Source: a virus
Length of the DNA: 41,562 nt
IMG/VR virus record: IMGVR_UViG_3300035156_000123
Span: 1-41,562 of that record
Direction: 5' to 3' (one strand)
Position 1 is the first letter of the stretch, and each line of letters starts with the position of its first letter. The position numbers and the translations under genes are program-made. This document shows positions 7,783 through 14,069 of the stretch, piece by piece. The notes beneath the pieces were generated by a model. That model was not told the DNA's origin, did no database searches, and saw only the letters and a program-made list of their open reading frames with translations.

Positions 7783-7943
7783 TTCTTATCCTCAACGAGA
7801 TTGTTACGCCCGTTTCCTCATAGGAAAAGTCCTAGACATGTTGGAAAATCCGGAACAGAAAAGGAACATGGATCAAGCGACTCCCCTAACGCTCTATGAG
7901 CCGGCTTGCGAGGTAAGGTGCGCCACGTGCCTGATGTCGTGCG

Positions 7944-8405
7944 CTATTCTGCCGAGTCGGCTTGCGTGGTGGCAGCGGGAGATTGAACGCCTTTATCAGG
8001 AGAGATCGTTTCGCCGCTGTTCTGTTGAGCTTCGCGATCAAATCGAAATCGCGCTAGCTGCTCATGAAGCGCTGGCGCAAAAATATGCGGCAAGTCCGCG
8101 ATGCGCGCCCCAACCAGCATCTCGTCTGCAATGACCGAGCGAAGCATTCGTTCGATGTCTTCAGGCGTCGGTTCAAAAGACGGCGTAGGGGCTTCGCCCT
8201 TTCCGGTTAGCAGCCAATCGAGCGACACCCGGAAGAACTTGGCATAGCGCTCGGCAGCAGCGCGCGGCAAGCTGCCTGATCCACGCGTCCCGTTCTCGTG
8301 CTGGATATACGTCGCGGGTGGGATGCCCATCGCTTGAGCGGCTTCGACAGCCGTTTCGTAGCGTGGCGCACGCACTTGCTTGAGTCTGTCGTTAGCCGTC
8401 TGCAT
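7944..8405 (-). CDS. XRE-family HTH repressor (CI-like) with no S24 peptidase domain visible
   Basis: The start is at 8403-8405 (MQTANDRLKQVR...). The HTH is AVEAAQAMGIPPATYIQHENG...RYAKFFRVSLDWLLTG. It is divergent from the Cro-like gene across the operator. Confidence 0.8.
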   Translation of the reverse strand: MQTANDRLKQVRAPRYETAVEAAQAMGIPPATYIQHENGTRGSGSLPRAAAERYAKFFRVSLDWLLTGKGEAPTPSFEPTPEDIERMLRSVIADEMLVGARIADLPHIFAPALHEQLARFRFDREAQQNSGETISPDKGVQSPAATTQADSAE

Positions 8406-8455
8406 CCGGCGGCGATAACCGCTCGCGTGATGCAAAAGGCACTTGCTTTCAGATA

Positions 8456-8470
8456 GTGCATAATGCATCA
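8456..8470. promoter_or_regulatory. Right operator (OR-like) in the divergent repressor/cro promoter region
   Basis: GTGCATAATGCATCA is a near copy of the OL 15-mer. Its TGCATAATGCA core is the exact reverse complement of the OL core TGCATTATGCA. It overlaps the first possible Cro ATG at 8463. Confidence 0.55.
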
Positions 8471-8699
8471 TGTGGGAATGAGAACGCATCGTGACATCGT
8501 AAAAGCGGCCGGGACGTTGTCCCAGACCGCTTTGAGCCGCAAAGTGTCGGTCCATACTGTTCGGTCGTGGATCGCGCGAGACAGCATCCCTGCCGAGCAT
8601 TGGGCGGGCTTCGCGTCCGATAAGAAAGCGTCTCTCCAAGAGCTGGCCGAAGCCGCTGCCGCCTCGCGTGCGCCGGTTGAGCAAGGCCAAGCCGCATGA
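8463..8699 (+). CDS. Cro/YdaS-like small HTH regulator (alternative start at 8478)
   Basis: IVKAAGTLSQTALSRKVSVHTVRSWIARDSIP is a Cro-type HTH. It is the first gene of the rightward operon. Confidence 0.65.
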   Translation: MHHVGMRTHRDIVKAAGTLSQTALSRKVSVHTVRSWIARDSIPAEHWAGFASDKKASLQELAEAAAASRAPVEQGQAA

Positions 8700-9856
8700 C
8701 CCCCACTATCCGCACAGGTGGGGAGGGGGGAGCCTACTACAACGAGATCGATCCATTCGCTGCGGCATGGCTGCGCGAACTCATCGCTGCGGGCCACATC
8801 GCTCCCGGCATCGTAGACGAAAGGGACATCCGCGATGTTCGGCCAAATGAACTTGCTGGATTTAATCAATGCCACTTCTTCGCAGGCATCGGAGTGTGGT
8901 CCTACGCCTTGCGCCGCGCCGGCTGGCCCGACGATCGCCCGATCTGGACCGCAAGCCTCCCCTGCCAGCCGTTCAGCGCAGCCGGCAAAGGCGCGGGCTT
9001 CGCTGACGAGCGACATCTTTGGCCCGTCTTTAACGAATTGCGCCTCGCCTGCCGACCTATCGTTGCAGTTGGCGAGCAGGTTGCGAGCAAAGACGGACTC
9101 GCTTGGCTCGACGTTGTACAATCTGACGTGGAAGCGTCGGGCGATGCCTTCGGGGCGGTCGATCTGTGCGCTGCGGGCTTCGGGGCGCCGCATATCCGGC
9201 AACGATCTTACTGGATGGCCCACGCCCTTGGCCTGCGACAGCAGGGGTTCGGCGGGAGTGGGGAAGCGAGAACTTCCGAACATCGCGATGTTGGTGGGTT
9301 GGGCAACTCCGACAGCAACGGATGGGCGCTGCGGCTCGCTGGAAGCCCGGCCACACGATACCGGCCACCCGTTGACCCAACAGGTAGTGCTTGCGGGTTG
9401 GCCAACGCCGACGACGATGGACAACGGAAATTCGGGCAACGCCTGGGAGGCGCGGCGGGAGCGTGTGAAAGTAAAGCTGGGGAACGGGAACGGGTTTGGG
9501 CTTATCCTGCCGATGGCTGCGCAGTTGGCGGGGTGGCCGACACCCTGCGCGCAAGATGGCCCGAACGGCGGGCCGTCGCAGGGAACGGATCGACTGCCGG
9601 GAGCAGCAGCGCAAGTGACAGTGATCCGCGGCCGACTAACGGCTTCTGGGGAAATGTTGATTGGCTCTACTGCCGCGATCCCGGAGGCCCGCGTTGGAGG
9701 CCCGTTGACGCTGGCACATTCCCTCTGGCTCCAAGCACTCCCGCCCGAGTGGGAGGTCTGCGCGGCTCGGGCAATGCAATCAATGCCGAAGTCGCGACGG
9801 GGTTCATCGAAGCGGTAATTGATCATCTCGCGCATCCTGCGGAATTGGCAGCATGA
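8696..9856 (+). CDS. DNA (cytosine-5) methyltransferase
   Basis: The motifs read are CHFFAGIG (I), LPCQPFSAAG (IV), VGEQV (VI, ENV-like), GAPHIRQR (VIII) and LRGSGNAI (X). The central about 400 nt translate to low-complexity G/R/D-rich sequence in this frame. Confidence 0.85.
   Translation: MTPTIRTGGEGGAYYNEIDPFAAAWLRELIAAGHIAPGIVDERDIRDVRPNELAGFNQCHFFAGIGVWSYALRRAGWPDDRPIWTASLPCQPFSAAGKGAGFADERHLWPVFNELRLACRPIVAVGEQVASKDGLAWLDVVQSDVEASGDAFGAVDLCAAGFGAPHIRQRSYWMAHALGLRQQGFGGSGEARTSEHRDVGGLGNSDSNGWALRLAGSPATRYRPPVDPTGSACGLANADDDGQRKFGQRLGGAAGACESKAGERERVWAYPADGCAVGGVADTLRARWPERRAVAGNGSTAGSSSASDSDPRPTNGFWGNVDWLYCRDPGGPRWRPVDAGTFPLAPSTPARVGGLRGSGNAINAEVATGFIEAVIDHLAHPAELAA
8835..9818 (+). CDS. 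Nested +1-frame ORF with four GW(P/A)TP repeats (candidate overprinted gene; true start unknown, the convincing part starts about 9050)
   Basis: 327 codons are open inside the MTase gene. It reads LTWK..PSGRSICALRASGRR, then TGWPTP, VGWATP, AGWPTP, AGWPTP (Trp codons at 9216, 9300, 9399, 9534), and ends LTLAHSLWLQALPPEW. By hand count its third-position GC is higher than the MTase frame from about 9000 onward. Confidence 0.4.
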   Translation: MFGQMNLLDLINATSSQASECGPTPCAAPAGPTIARSGPQASPASRSAQPAKARASLTSDIFGPSLTNCASPADLSLQLASRLRAKTDSLGSTLYNLTWKRRAMPSGRSICALRASGRRISGNDLTGWPTPLACDSRGSAGVGKRELPNIAMLVGWATPTATDGRCGSLEARPHDTGHPLTQQVVLAGWPTPTTMDNGNSGNAWEARRERVKVKLGNGNGFGLILPMAAQLAGWPTPCAQDGPNGGPSQGTDRLPGAAAQVTVIRGRLTASGEMLIGSTAAIPEARVGGPLTLAHSLWLQALPPEWEVCAARAMQSMPKSRRGSSKR

Positions 9857-10092
9857 CGCTCCCCATCGGCCTCGCGCTGTTCGCACTGGCATGGCTGGTC
9901 ATGTTCACGCTCGTCATGTGCGTCGTGATCGCTGGCGCCCGCGCTGAGATCGCCGAGCAATTCCGCGAAATACAACTCCCACGCCAATTCACACATCACC
10001 TGTCCGACAACGCTTCGGAACGGCGGGGCGATGGCGAGGGGATCAGCTTCCATGAACCAATCAATACAACCGAAACGGGTGCAAGATCATGA
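9853..10092 (+). CDS. Small membrane protein
   Basis: 79 aa with an ATGA overlap to the MTase stop. The TM segment is LALFALAWLVMFTLVMCVVIAG. Confidence 0.5.
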   Translation: MTLPIGLALFALAWLVMFTLVMCVVIAGARAEIAEQFREIQLPRQFTHHLSDNASERRGDGEGISFHEPINTTETGARS

Positions 10093-10517
10093 AGCGTAGA
10101 AGCTCGTTCGCTCAAGATATTATCGGCCGTCAGGAGCGCATGCTTCGCCTCGCTGAGCGCGATCACGATCTAACGCTGACCGTACTGTCAGCAGAGACCG
10201 GCATCGATAAGGGCACGTTGGCGACGTACAAGCGTGACGTGGCAATGCCTGCATGGGCGTTAGTCGCGCTGTGCGAATTCATCCCGGACGATCTGACATC
10301 ACTGATGTTCGAGCCTGTCGGCAAGCATGTCGGCAGCGGGACAGTTGGCGATGGCGATTTCGACACGGCCGCGCTCGCTGCAAATGACTTTGCCGGTGAG
10401 GTTGTGCGTGCGCGCCATCCCGCGAGCCCCGGAGGTACGGCAATCGTCCCCCAAGAGGCCGCGGTGATCTCCGACAAAGGTCGTCGCGCCTGTGCAGCGA
10501 TGCGGAGGGCAGCATGA
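10089..10517 (+). CDS. HTH-containing early protein (CII-like position)
   Basis: LTLTVLSAETGIDKGTLATYKRDVAMPAWALVAL resembles an XRE-type HTH. It has an ATGA overlap with its neighbour. Confidence 0.6.
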   Translation: MKRRSSFAQDIIGRQERMLRLAERDHDLTLTVLSAETGIDKGTLATYKRDVAMPAWALVALCEFIPDDLTSLMFEPVGKHVGSGTVGDGDFDTAALAANDFAGEVVRARHPASPGGTAIVPQEAAVISDKGRRACAAMRRAA

Positions 10518-10888
10518 AGCGCCTCGACTTCAGAAACCCTGAAACAATCAAGAAGGCCGCGAACTTCCCTCACTATGGGGAGGCAATGGCCTTAATCCGG
10601 TCGATCGACCCGCTCTGGAAGCTGGACACGACCGTGGACCACCCTTGGTTCGTGATCCTGAGCCGCGAAACCCATTTCTGTGACTGCTCGGAATGTACGT
10701 TATCGGAGATCGAACGGAAGAAGATCGCCGTTGACGCCCCCGACACCGCTGCGGCCGAAGTGGAGGCCTTGAACTCGCTCGATAACTTCGACGCAACTTA
10801 CGATTGGGACGTGGATGGCGTTTACCCTGCGGACACTCTCGGCGTCTGTTTCCCTGATTGGATTTACGAGACGGAGGGCGAGGCATGA
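10514..10888 (+). CDS. Hypothetical early protein
   Basis: 124-aa ORF, coupled on both sides. Confidence 0.6.
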   Translation: MKRLDFRNPETIKKAANFPHYGEAMALIRSIDPLWKLDTTVDHPWFVILSRETHFCDCSECTLSEIERKKIAVDAPDTAAAEVEALNSLDNFDATYDWDVDGVYPADTLGVCFPDWIYETEGEA

Positions 10889-11013
10889 GCTGGTTCGTCT
10901 GCATGATGGTCGCGGTCTACTTCTCGCTGATCCCCGGCGACCACGCCGCCGAAGTGTCGATCTGGTGTGCCGCGGCCACCGTGATTTACGCTGTCAAGAA
11001 GCGCCAGTCATGA
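10885..11013 (+). CDS. Small hydrophobic peptide, 42 aa (below the track cutoff)
   Basis: My hand translation is MSWFVCMMVAVYFSLIPGDHAAEVSIWCAAATVIYAVKKRQS. It has ATGA overlaps at both ends. Confidence 0.4.
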   Translation: MSWFVCMMVAVYFSLIPGDHAAEVSIWCAAATVIYAVKKRQS

Positions 11014-11165
11014 CGGTAGAAGACCTCCCCGCATACTTTGCCTCGGAAGCCCGGTTCTACGCAGCCTGCGACCGTCTGGCTGAATACTGCCGCACCGCCA
11101 AGGCTCGCCAGTATCGCCGCAACCGCGCTGCACAGATCCGTCGTCGCGAAGGGGCAGGGGCATGA
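11010..11165 (+). CDS. Small hypothetical protein, 51 aa
   Basis: MTVEDLPAYFASEARFYAACDRLAEYCRTAKARQYRRNRAAQIRRREGAGA. This is the ATG-initiated part of track ORF 10815..11165. It is coupled on both sides. Confidence 0.45.
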   Translation: MTVEDLPAYFASEARFYAACDRLAEYCRTAKARQYRRNRAAQIRRREGAGA

Positions 11166-11692
11166 AGCGCCCACACACCCGGAATTGTTCGGACTGCCCC
11201 GGCACTATTTCCGACGAGAACAAGGGCGGTCGATGCCGTAACTGCTGCGCCCGCGCGCTCGCCGCAGACCCGGCAGTCGTCGCAAAGCGCGCGGCGAAGC
11301 GGTCGGTTACGATGGCCCGACCCGAGATCAAGGCCCGTCACCGCGCACAATGCAAGGCGGGCTGGCTCAAGGTGCTGGAGAAGCCTGAAGCACTGGAGCG
11401 CATGCGCCATTACGGCCGTACGGTCGGGCAGCGCAACTTCTACCGCTACCTCGATCCAGCGGCGCAGGCCGCAGCGCGCGCGGCGATCAGCCGCGGGCTG
11501 GCGGCGTGGTGTCCTGAAGACCGCCTGGAGGACAACCGCAACCTGAAGCGCAAGGGTGTCCTGCTTGCCGATCGCAAGCGGATGATCCTCGAAGAAACAC
11601 CCGGCACCGTCGAGCATGCGCGCCGCTCGGTCGCCAACGCGGTCGATGTGATGCGCATCAAGCACGCTCGCACGAAAGCGCAGGAATACTGA
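11162..11692 (+). CDS. Hypothetical protein with an N-terminal Cys4 zinc-ribbon-like motif
   Basis: 176 aa with CSDC...CRNCC at the N-terminus. Confidence 0.6.
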   Translation: MKRPHTRNCSDCPGTISDENKGGRCRNCCARALAADPAVVAKRAAKRSVTMARPEIKARHRAQCKAGWLKVLEKPEALERMRHYGRTVGQRNFYRYLDPAAQAAARAAISRGLAAWCPEDRLEDNRNLKRKGVLLADRKRMILEETPGTVEHARRSVANAVDVMRIKHARTKAQEY

Positions 11693-12054
11693 TGCCCGCG
11701 CAGATCATCCTCCCTTGGCCACCCAAGGAACTCTCGCCGAACTTCAAGCGACGGAAGCACTGGTCTGCCTACCGGCTGCCAACGCGGAAGTACCGCGAGA
11801 CATGCTTCTGGCTCACCAAGGAAGCCAAGGTGCGCATCGGAGCGGGCGACGTGCCGGTGTTGATGACCATCGCATTCTCGCCGCCGGATCGTCGGCGCCG
11901 CGATGATGATGGAATGATCGGTGCGTTCAAGGCCGGTCGGGATGGCATGGCCGAAGCGCTTGGCGTTGACGACCACTGCTTCCGCCCGACCTACCGGATT
12001 GACGAGCCGGTCAAGGATGGCCGTGTGACGGTGACAATCGAGGGGGACGTATGA
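11692..12054 (+). CDS. rusA: RusA-family Holliday junction resolvase
   Basis: ILPWPPKELSPNFKRRKHW...PPDRRRRDDDGMIGAFKAGRDGMAEAL is a RusA-like pattern. Confidence 0.8.
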   Translation: MPAQIILPWPPKELSPNFKRRKHWSAYRLPTRKYRETCFWLTKEAKVRIGAGDVPVLMTIAFSPPDRRRRDDDGMIGAFKAGRDGMAEALGVDDHCFRPTYRIDEPVKDGRVTVTIEGDV

Positions 12055-12284
12055 CGTTCAACCCGAAAGGCCGCGCCCGCCTGTACGGCTGCATTGCGGC
12101 TGCAAACCACGGAACGATCGCCTCTGCCTTATGGGGTGAGGACCGGTCGCGAGCGAGCGTGCTGGCTCGCCGGGAAGTCTGGCAGCGCATGAAGGCTGAC
12201 GGCCTGTCTATCGCTGCGATCGGTCGCATGACCAACCGCGACCACACCACAGTCCTGCACGGACTGAAGGCGGTGCGCGCATGA
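12051..12284 (+). CDS. DnaA domain IV-like HTH protein
   Basis: SIAAIGRMTNRDHTTVLHGLKAV matches the S..IG..f.rDHtTVlha signature of the DnaA C-terminal DNA-binding domain. Confidence 0.7.
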   Translation: MTFNPKGRARLYGCIAAANHGTIASALWGEDRSRASVLARREVWQRMKADGLSIAAIGRMTNRDHTTVLHGLKAVRA

Positions 12285-12904
12285 ACGTCTCGGACCTCAT
12301 GGAAGCGATGGCCGCTGCTGGCGCTCCAATGGAGGCCATAGTCCTCGCCGTCCGCGCCTTGGAAGCAAAAGACGCCTCGTTACAGGCATCCGAGAAGGCC
12401 GCTGCCGACAAGCGCGCCGCACATGCAGAATGGAAACGCAACCGTCGGGCAGAGATAAACGCGTCCATGGACAGTCCACGGACAGAGGATGGACAGTCCG
12501 CGCTCGCCCCCTTTCCCGCCCCCCCCAATGAAAATAATCTAACCCCCCCCACCCATACCCCCGTGAGACAATCGCGCTCGCACGTGAGGGAACCAAAATT
12601 CTCCCTGCCGAGCGACATTCCGGAAGAGGAATGGGACGGTTTCGAGGAAATGCGGAAGCGCATCGGCAAGCCAATGACCGATCGCGCCAGAACGCTGGCC
12701 ATCTCCGAATTACGAAAACTCGCCGACGCCGGCCACCCGCCCGGCGAGGTGCTGAACCACTGCACGATGAACAGTTATCAGGGCATTTTCCCACCAAAGG
12801 ACCAGAAACATGGACGACAAAACTCCCGCCGATCCGATGCGATCAGTCCTTCGCTTTCCGCTGCCGAGCGGTTCGCCAGTTACGGTGACCTACCGGCCCA
12901 TTGA
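12281..12904 (+). CDS. Replication-associated protein candidate (a candidate origin is embedded in its linker)
   Basis: 207 aa. Two folded-looking ends are separated by a P/T-rich linker. The linker is encoded by the iteron/C-tract/AT-rich segment at 12467-12562. Confidence 0.55.
   Translation: MNVSDLMEAMAAAGAPMEAIVLAVRALEAKDASLQASEKAAADKRAAHAEWKRNRRAEINASMDSPRTEDGQSALAPFPAPPNENNLTPPTHTPVRQSRSHVREPKFSLPSDIPEEEWDGFEEMRKRIGKPMTDRARTLAISELRKLADAGHPPGEVLNHCTMNSYQGIFPPKDQKHGRQNSRRSDAISPSLSAAERFASYGDLPAH
12467..12562. other. Putative origin of replication: iterons plus an AT-rich core flanked by C8 tracts
   Basis: GGACAG occurs at 12469, 12480 and 12491, exactly 11 bp apart. ATGGACAGTCC is repeated at 12467 and 12489. 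Then comes C8 (12519-12526), AATGAAAATAATCTAA, C8 (12543-12550) and ACCCATACCCCC. Confidence 0.45.
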
Positions 12905-13277
12905 CCCGATCGACAGCCGTTCGAAGTTCGCCCAACTGCTGAGCCCATGCCTCATCCTCACCGCGCCGAGCGGCATGGGCGAGGGCGAACGCGAGGCGTG
13001 GCTGCACGCCGCCTGGGCAGCGCTGAAGCACCTGCCATCCGATCTGATCGAGGCCGGGGCAAAGGTCGCGATGGCGAAGGCTGACCACCCAAGCAAGATT
13101 GTCCCCGCCATCTTGGCCGAAGTTGCGGACGTGTTCGATCGACGACGCAAATCCGCAGCGATGGATCGCCCGACCGCGCTGCCTGCGCCCCGCGAGACAG
13201 CCGAGGAAAAGGCCGAACGTGAGGAAGTCGCCAAGCTGATGGACGGGCTGGTCCGCAAGCTGAGTGCAAACGCATGA
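12810..13277 (+). CDS. Hypothetical early protein (start uncertain; GTG at 12885 is an alternative)
   Basis: 155-aa ORF that overlaps the previous gene by 95 nt if ATG 12810 is used. Confidence 0.55.
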   Translation: MDDKTPADPMRSVLRFPLPSGSPVTVTYRPIDPIDSRSKFAQLLSPCLILTAPSGMGEGEREAWLHAAWAALKHLPSDLIEAGAKVAMAKADHPSKIVPAILAEVADVFDRRRKSAAMDRPTALPAPRETAEEKAEREEVAKLMDGLVRKLSANA

Positions 13278-13402
13278 TCGAGATCTGGGCCTGCCTCTGT
13301 GGCTATCAAGACGATCTCAGCGAACCGCAGGCTTGCCCGCACTGTGGCGACCCCATGTATCCGATACGCACTGGCTGGCGCGCAGACGGGAAGGGCAAGT
13401 GA
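13274..13402 (+). CDS. Small zinc-ribbon protein, 42 aa (below the track cutoff)
   Basis: My hand translation is MIEIWACLCGYQDDLSEPQACPHCGDPMYPIRTGWRADGKGK (CxC...CxxC). It has an ATGA overlap upstream and a TGATG overlap downstream. Confidence 0.5.
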   Translation: MIEIWACLCGYQDDLSEPQACPHCGDPMYPIRTGWRADGKGK

Positions 13403-13581
13403 TGGGGGTAGTCGTGATCGACGTTCGCGAGTGGCGAGCCGCATTGGCATCTCAAGCAGCCACGCAACGCTTCCTTGATGTCCTGATGCAGCGCTTGGAC
13501 GAGGCGGCTGGGACAGAGGGCTATGTTGGCCCGCAGATGCCTTGGCACGGCTGGGCCGATGATCTGGATGGCGCGTCATGA
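13402..13581 (+). CDS. Small hypothetical protein, 59 aa
   Basis: MGVVVIDVREWRAAL... is the ATG-initiated part of track ORF 13264..13581. Confidence 0.45.
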   Translation: MGVVVIDVREWRAALASQAATQRFLDVLMQRLDEAAGTEGYVGPQMPWHGWADDLDGAS

Positions 13582-14065
13582 CCCCGACACACACTGGATG
13601 GGTGGAGAGCGGCAAGTGAGCGGAGTATTCCTGCGACCGACATATGCCGACGACGCGGTAGCTGTGTTCAACGCGCTTTACCCCGACCGGCTCGTCCCGA
13701 TTGCGTTCTTCCCTGCGAAGCAATGTGTAGGTGATGGCGGAGAGCCTGCGCAGGGCTTCACGCTGTTCCCTGACGATGATCCTGCGAACCCAGAGATATG
13801 GATAAGCGACGAAACTCCCGTCTACGGCGTGCCAGATGTTATATTCCATGAGTTGGCACACGTCGTCGCGGGGTTTGACGCCGACCACGGCCCGCAATGG
13901 GAGGCCGTGTACGATGCGCTTTGGGCGCGATTTGCCCCGCGAGGGATAGAAACCCGGCAGGGCGGAGACGGTACGGCTCCGTCGCGCAGCGATGATAGCC
14001 CGTCCGCAACGCGGCGCGCCGGAAATTATCCAATTAATACAACCGATCACACCCAAGGGGAATAG
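13568..14065 (+). CDS. HExxH zinc-metallopeptidase-like protein (SprT-like?). Start uncertain: 13568, 13598 or 13616.
   Basis: The motif VIFHELAHVVAGFDADHG (HExxH plus a downstream His) is present. Confidence 0.6.
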   Translation: MARHDPDTHWMGGERQVSGVFLRPTYADDAVAVFNALYPDRLVPIAFFPAKQCVGDGGEPAQGFTLFPDDDPANPEIWISDETPVYGVPDVIFHELAHVVAGFDADHGPQWEAVYDALWARFAPRGIETRQGGDGTAPSRSDDSPSATRRAGNYPINTTDHTQGE

Positions 14066-14069
14066 GGGC

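Noticed and set aside
7838-8134. 98-aa plus-strand ORF in the spacer and antisense to the repressor 3' end
   Set aside because: Two-thirds of it overlaps the repressor gene on the opposite strand, and I see no RBS or motif. It starts in the AT-rich spacer, so a small regulatory ORF or an antisense RNA cannot be fully excluded.
8468-9892. 474-aa minus-strand ORF antisense to the methyltransferase gene
   Set aside because: The translation is R/A/P/S-rich and low in complexity, with no motif. It is antisense to a gene with clear motifs. This is the typical stop-free shadow frame of GC-rich DNA.
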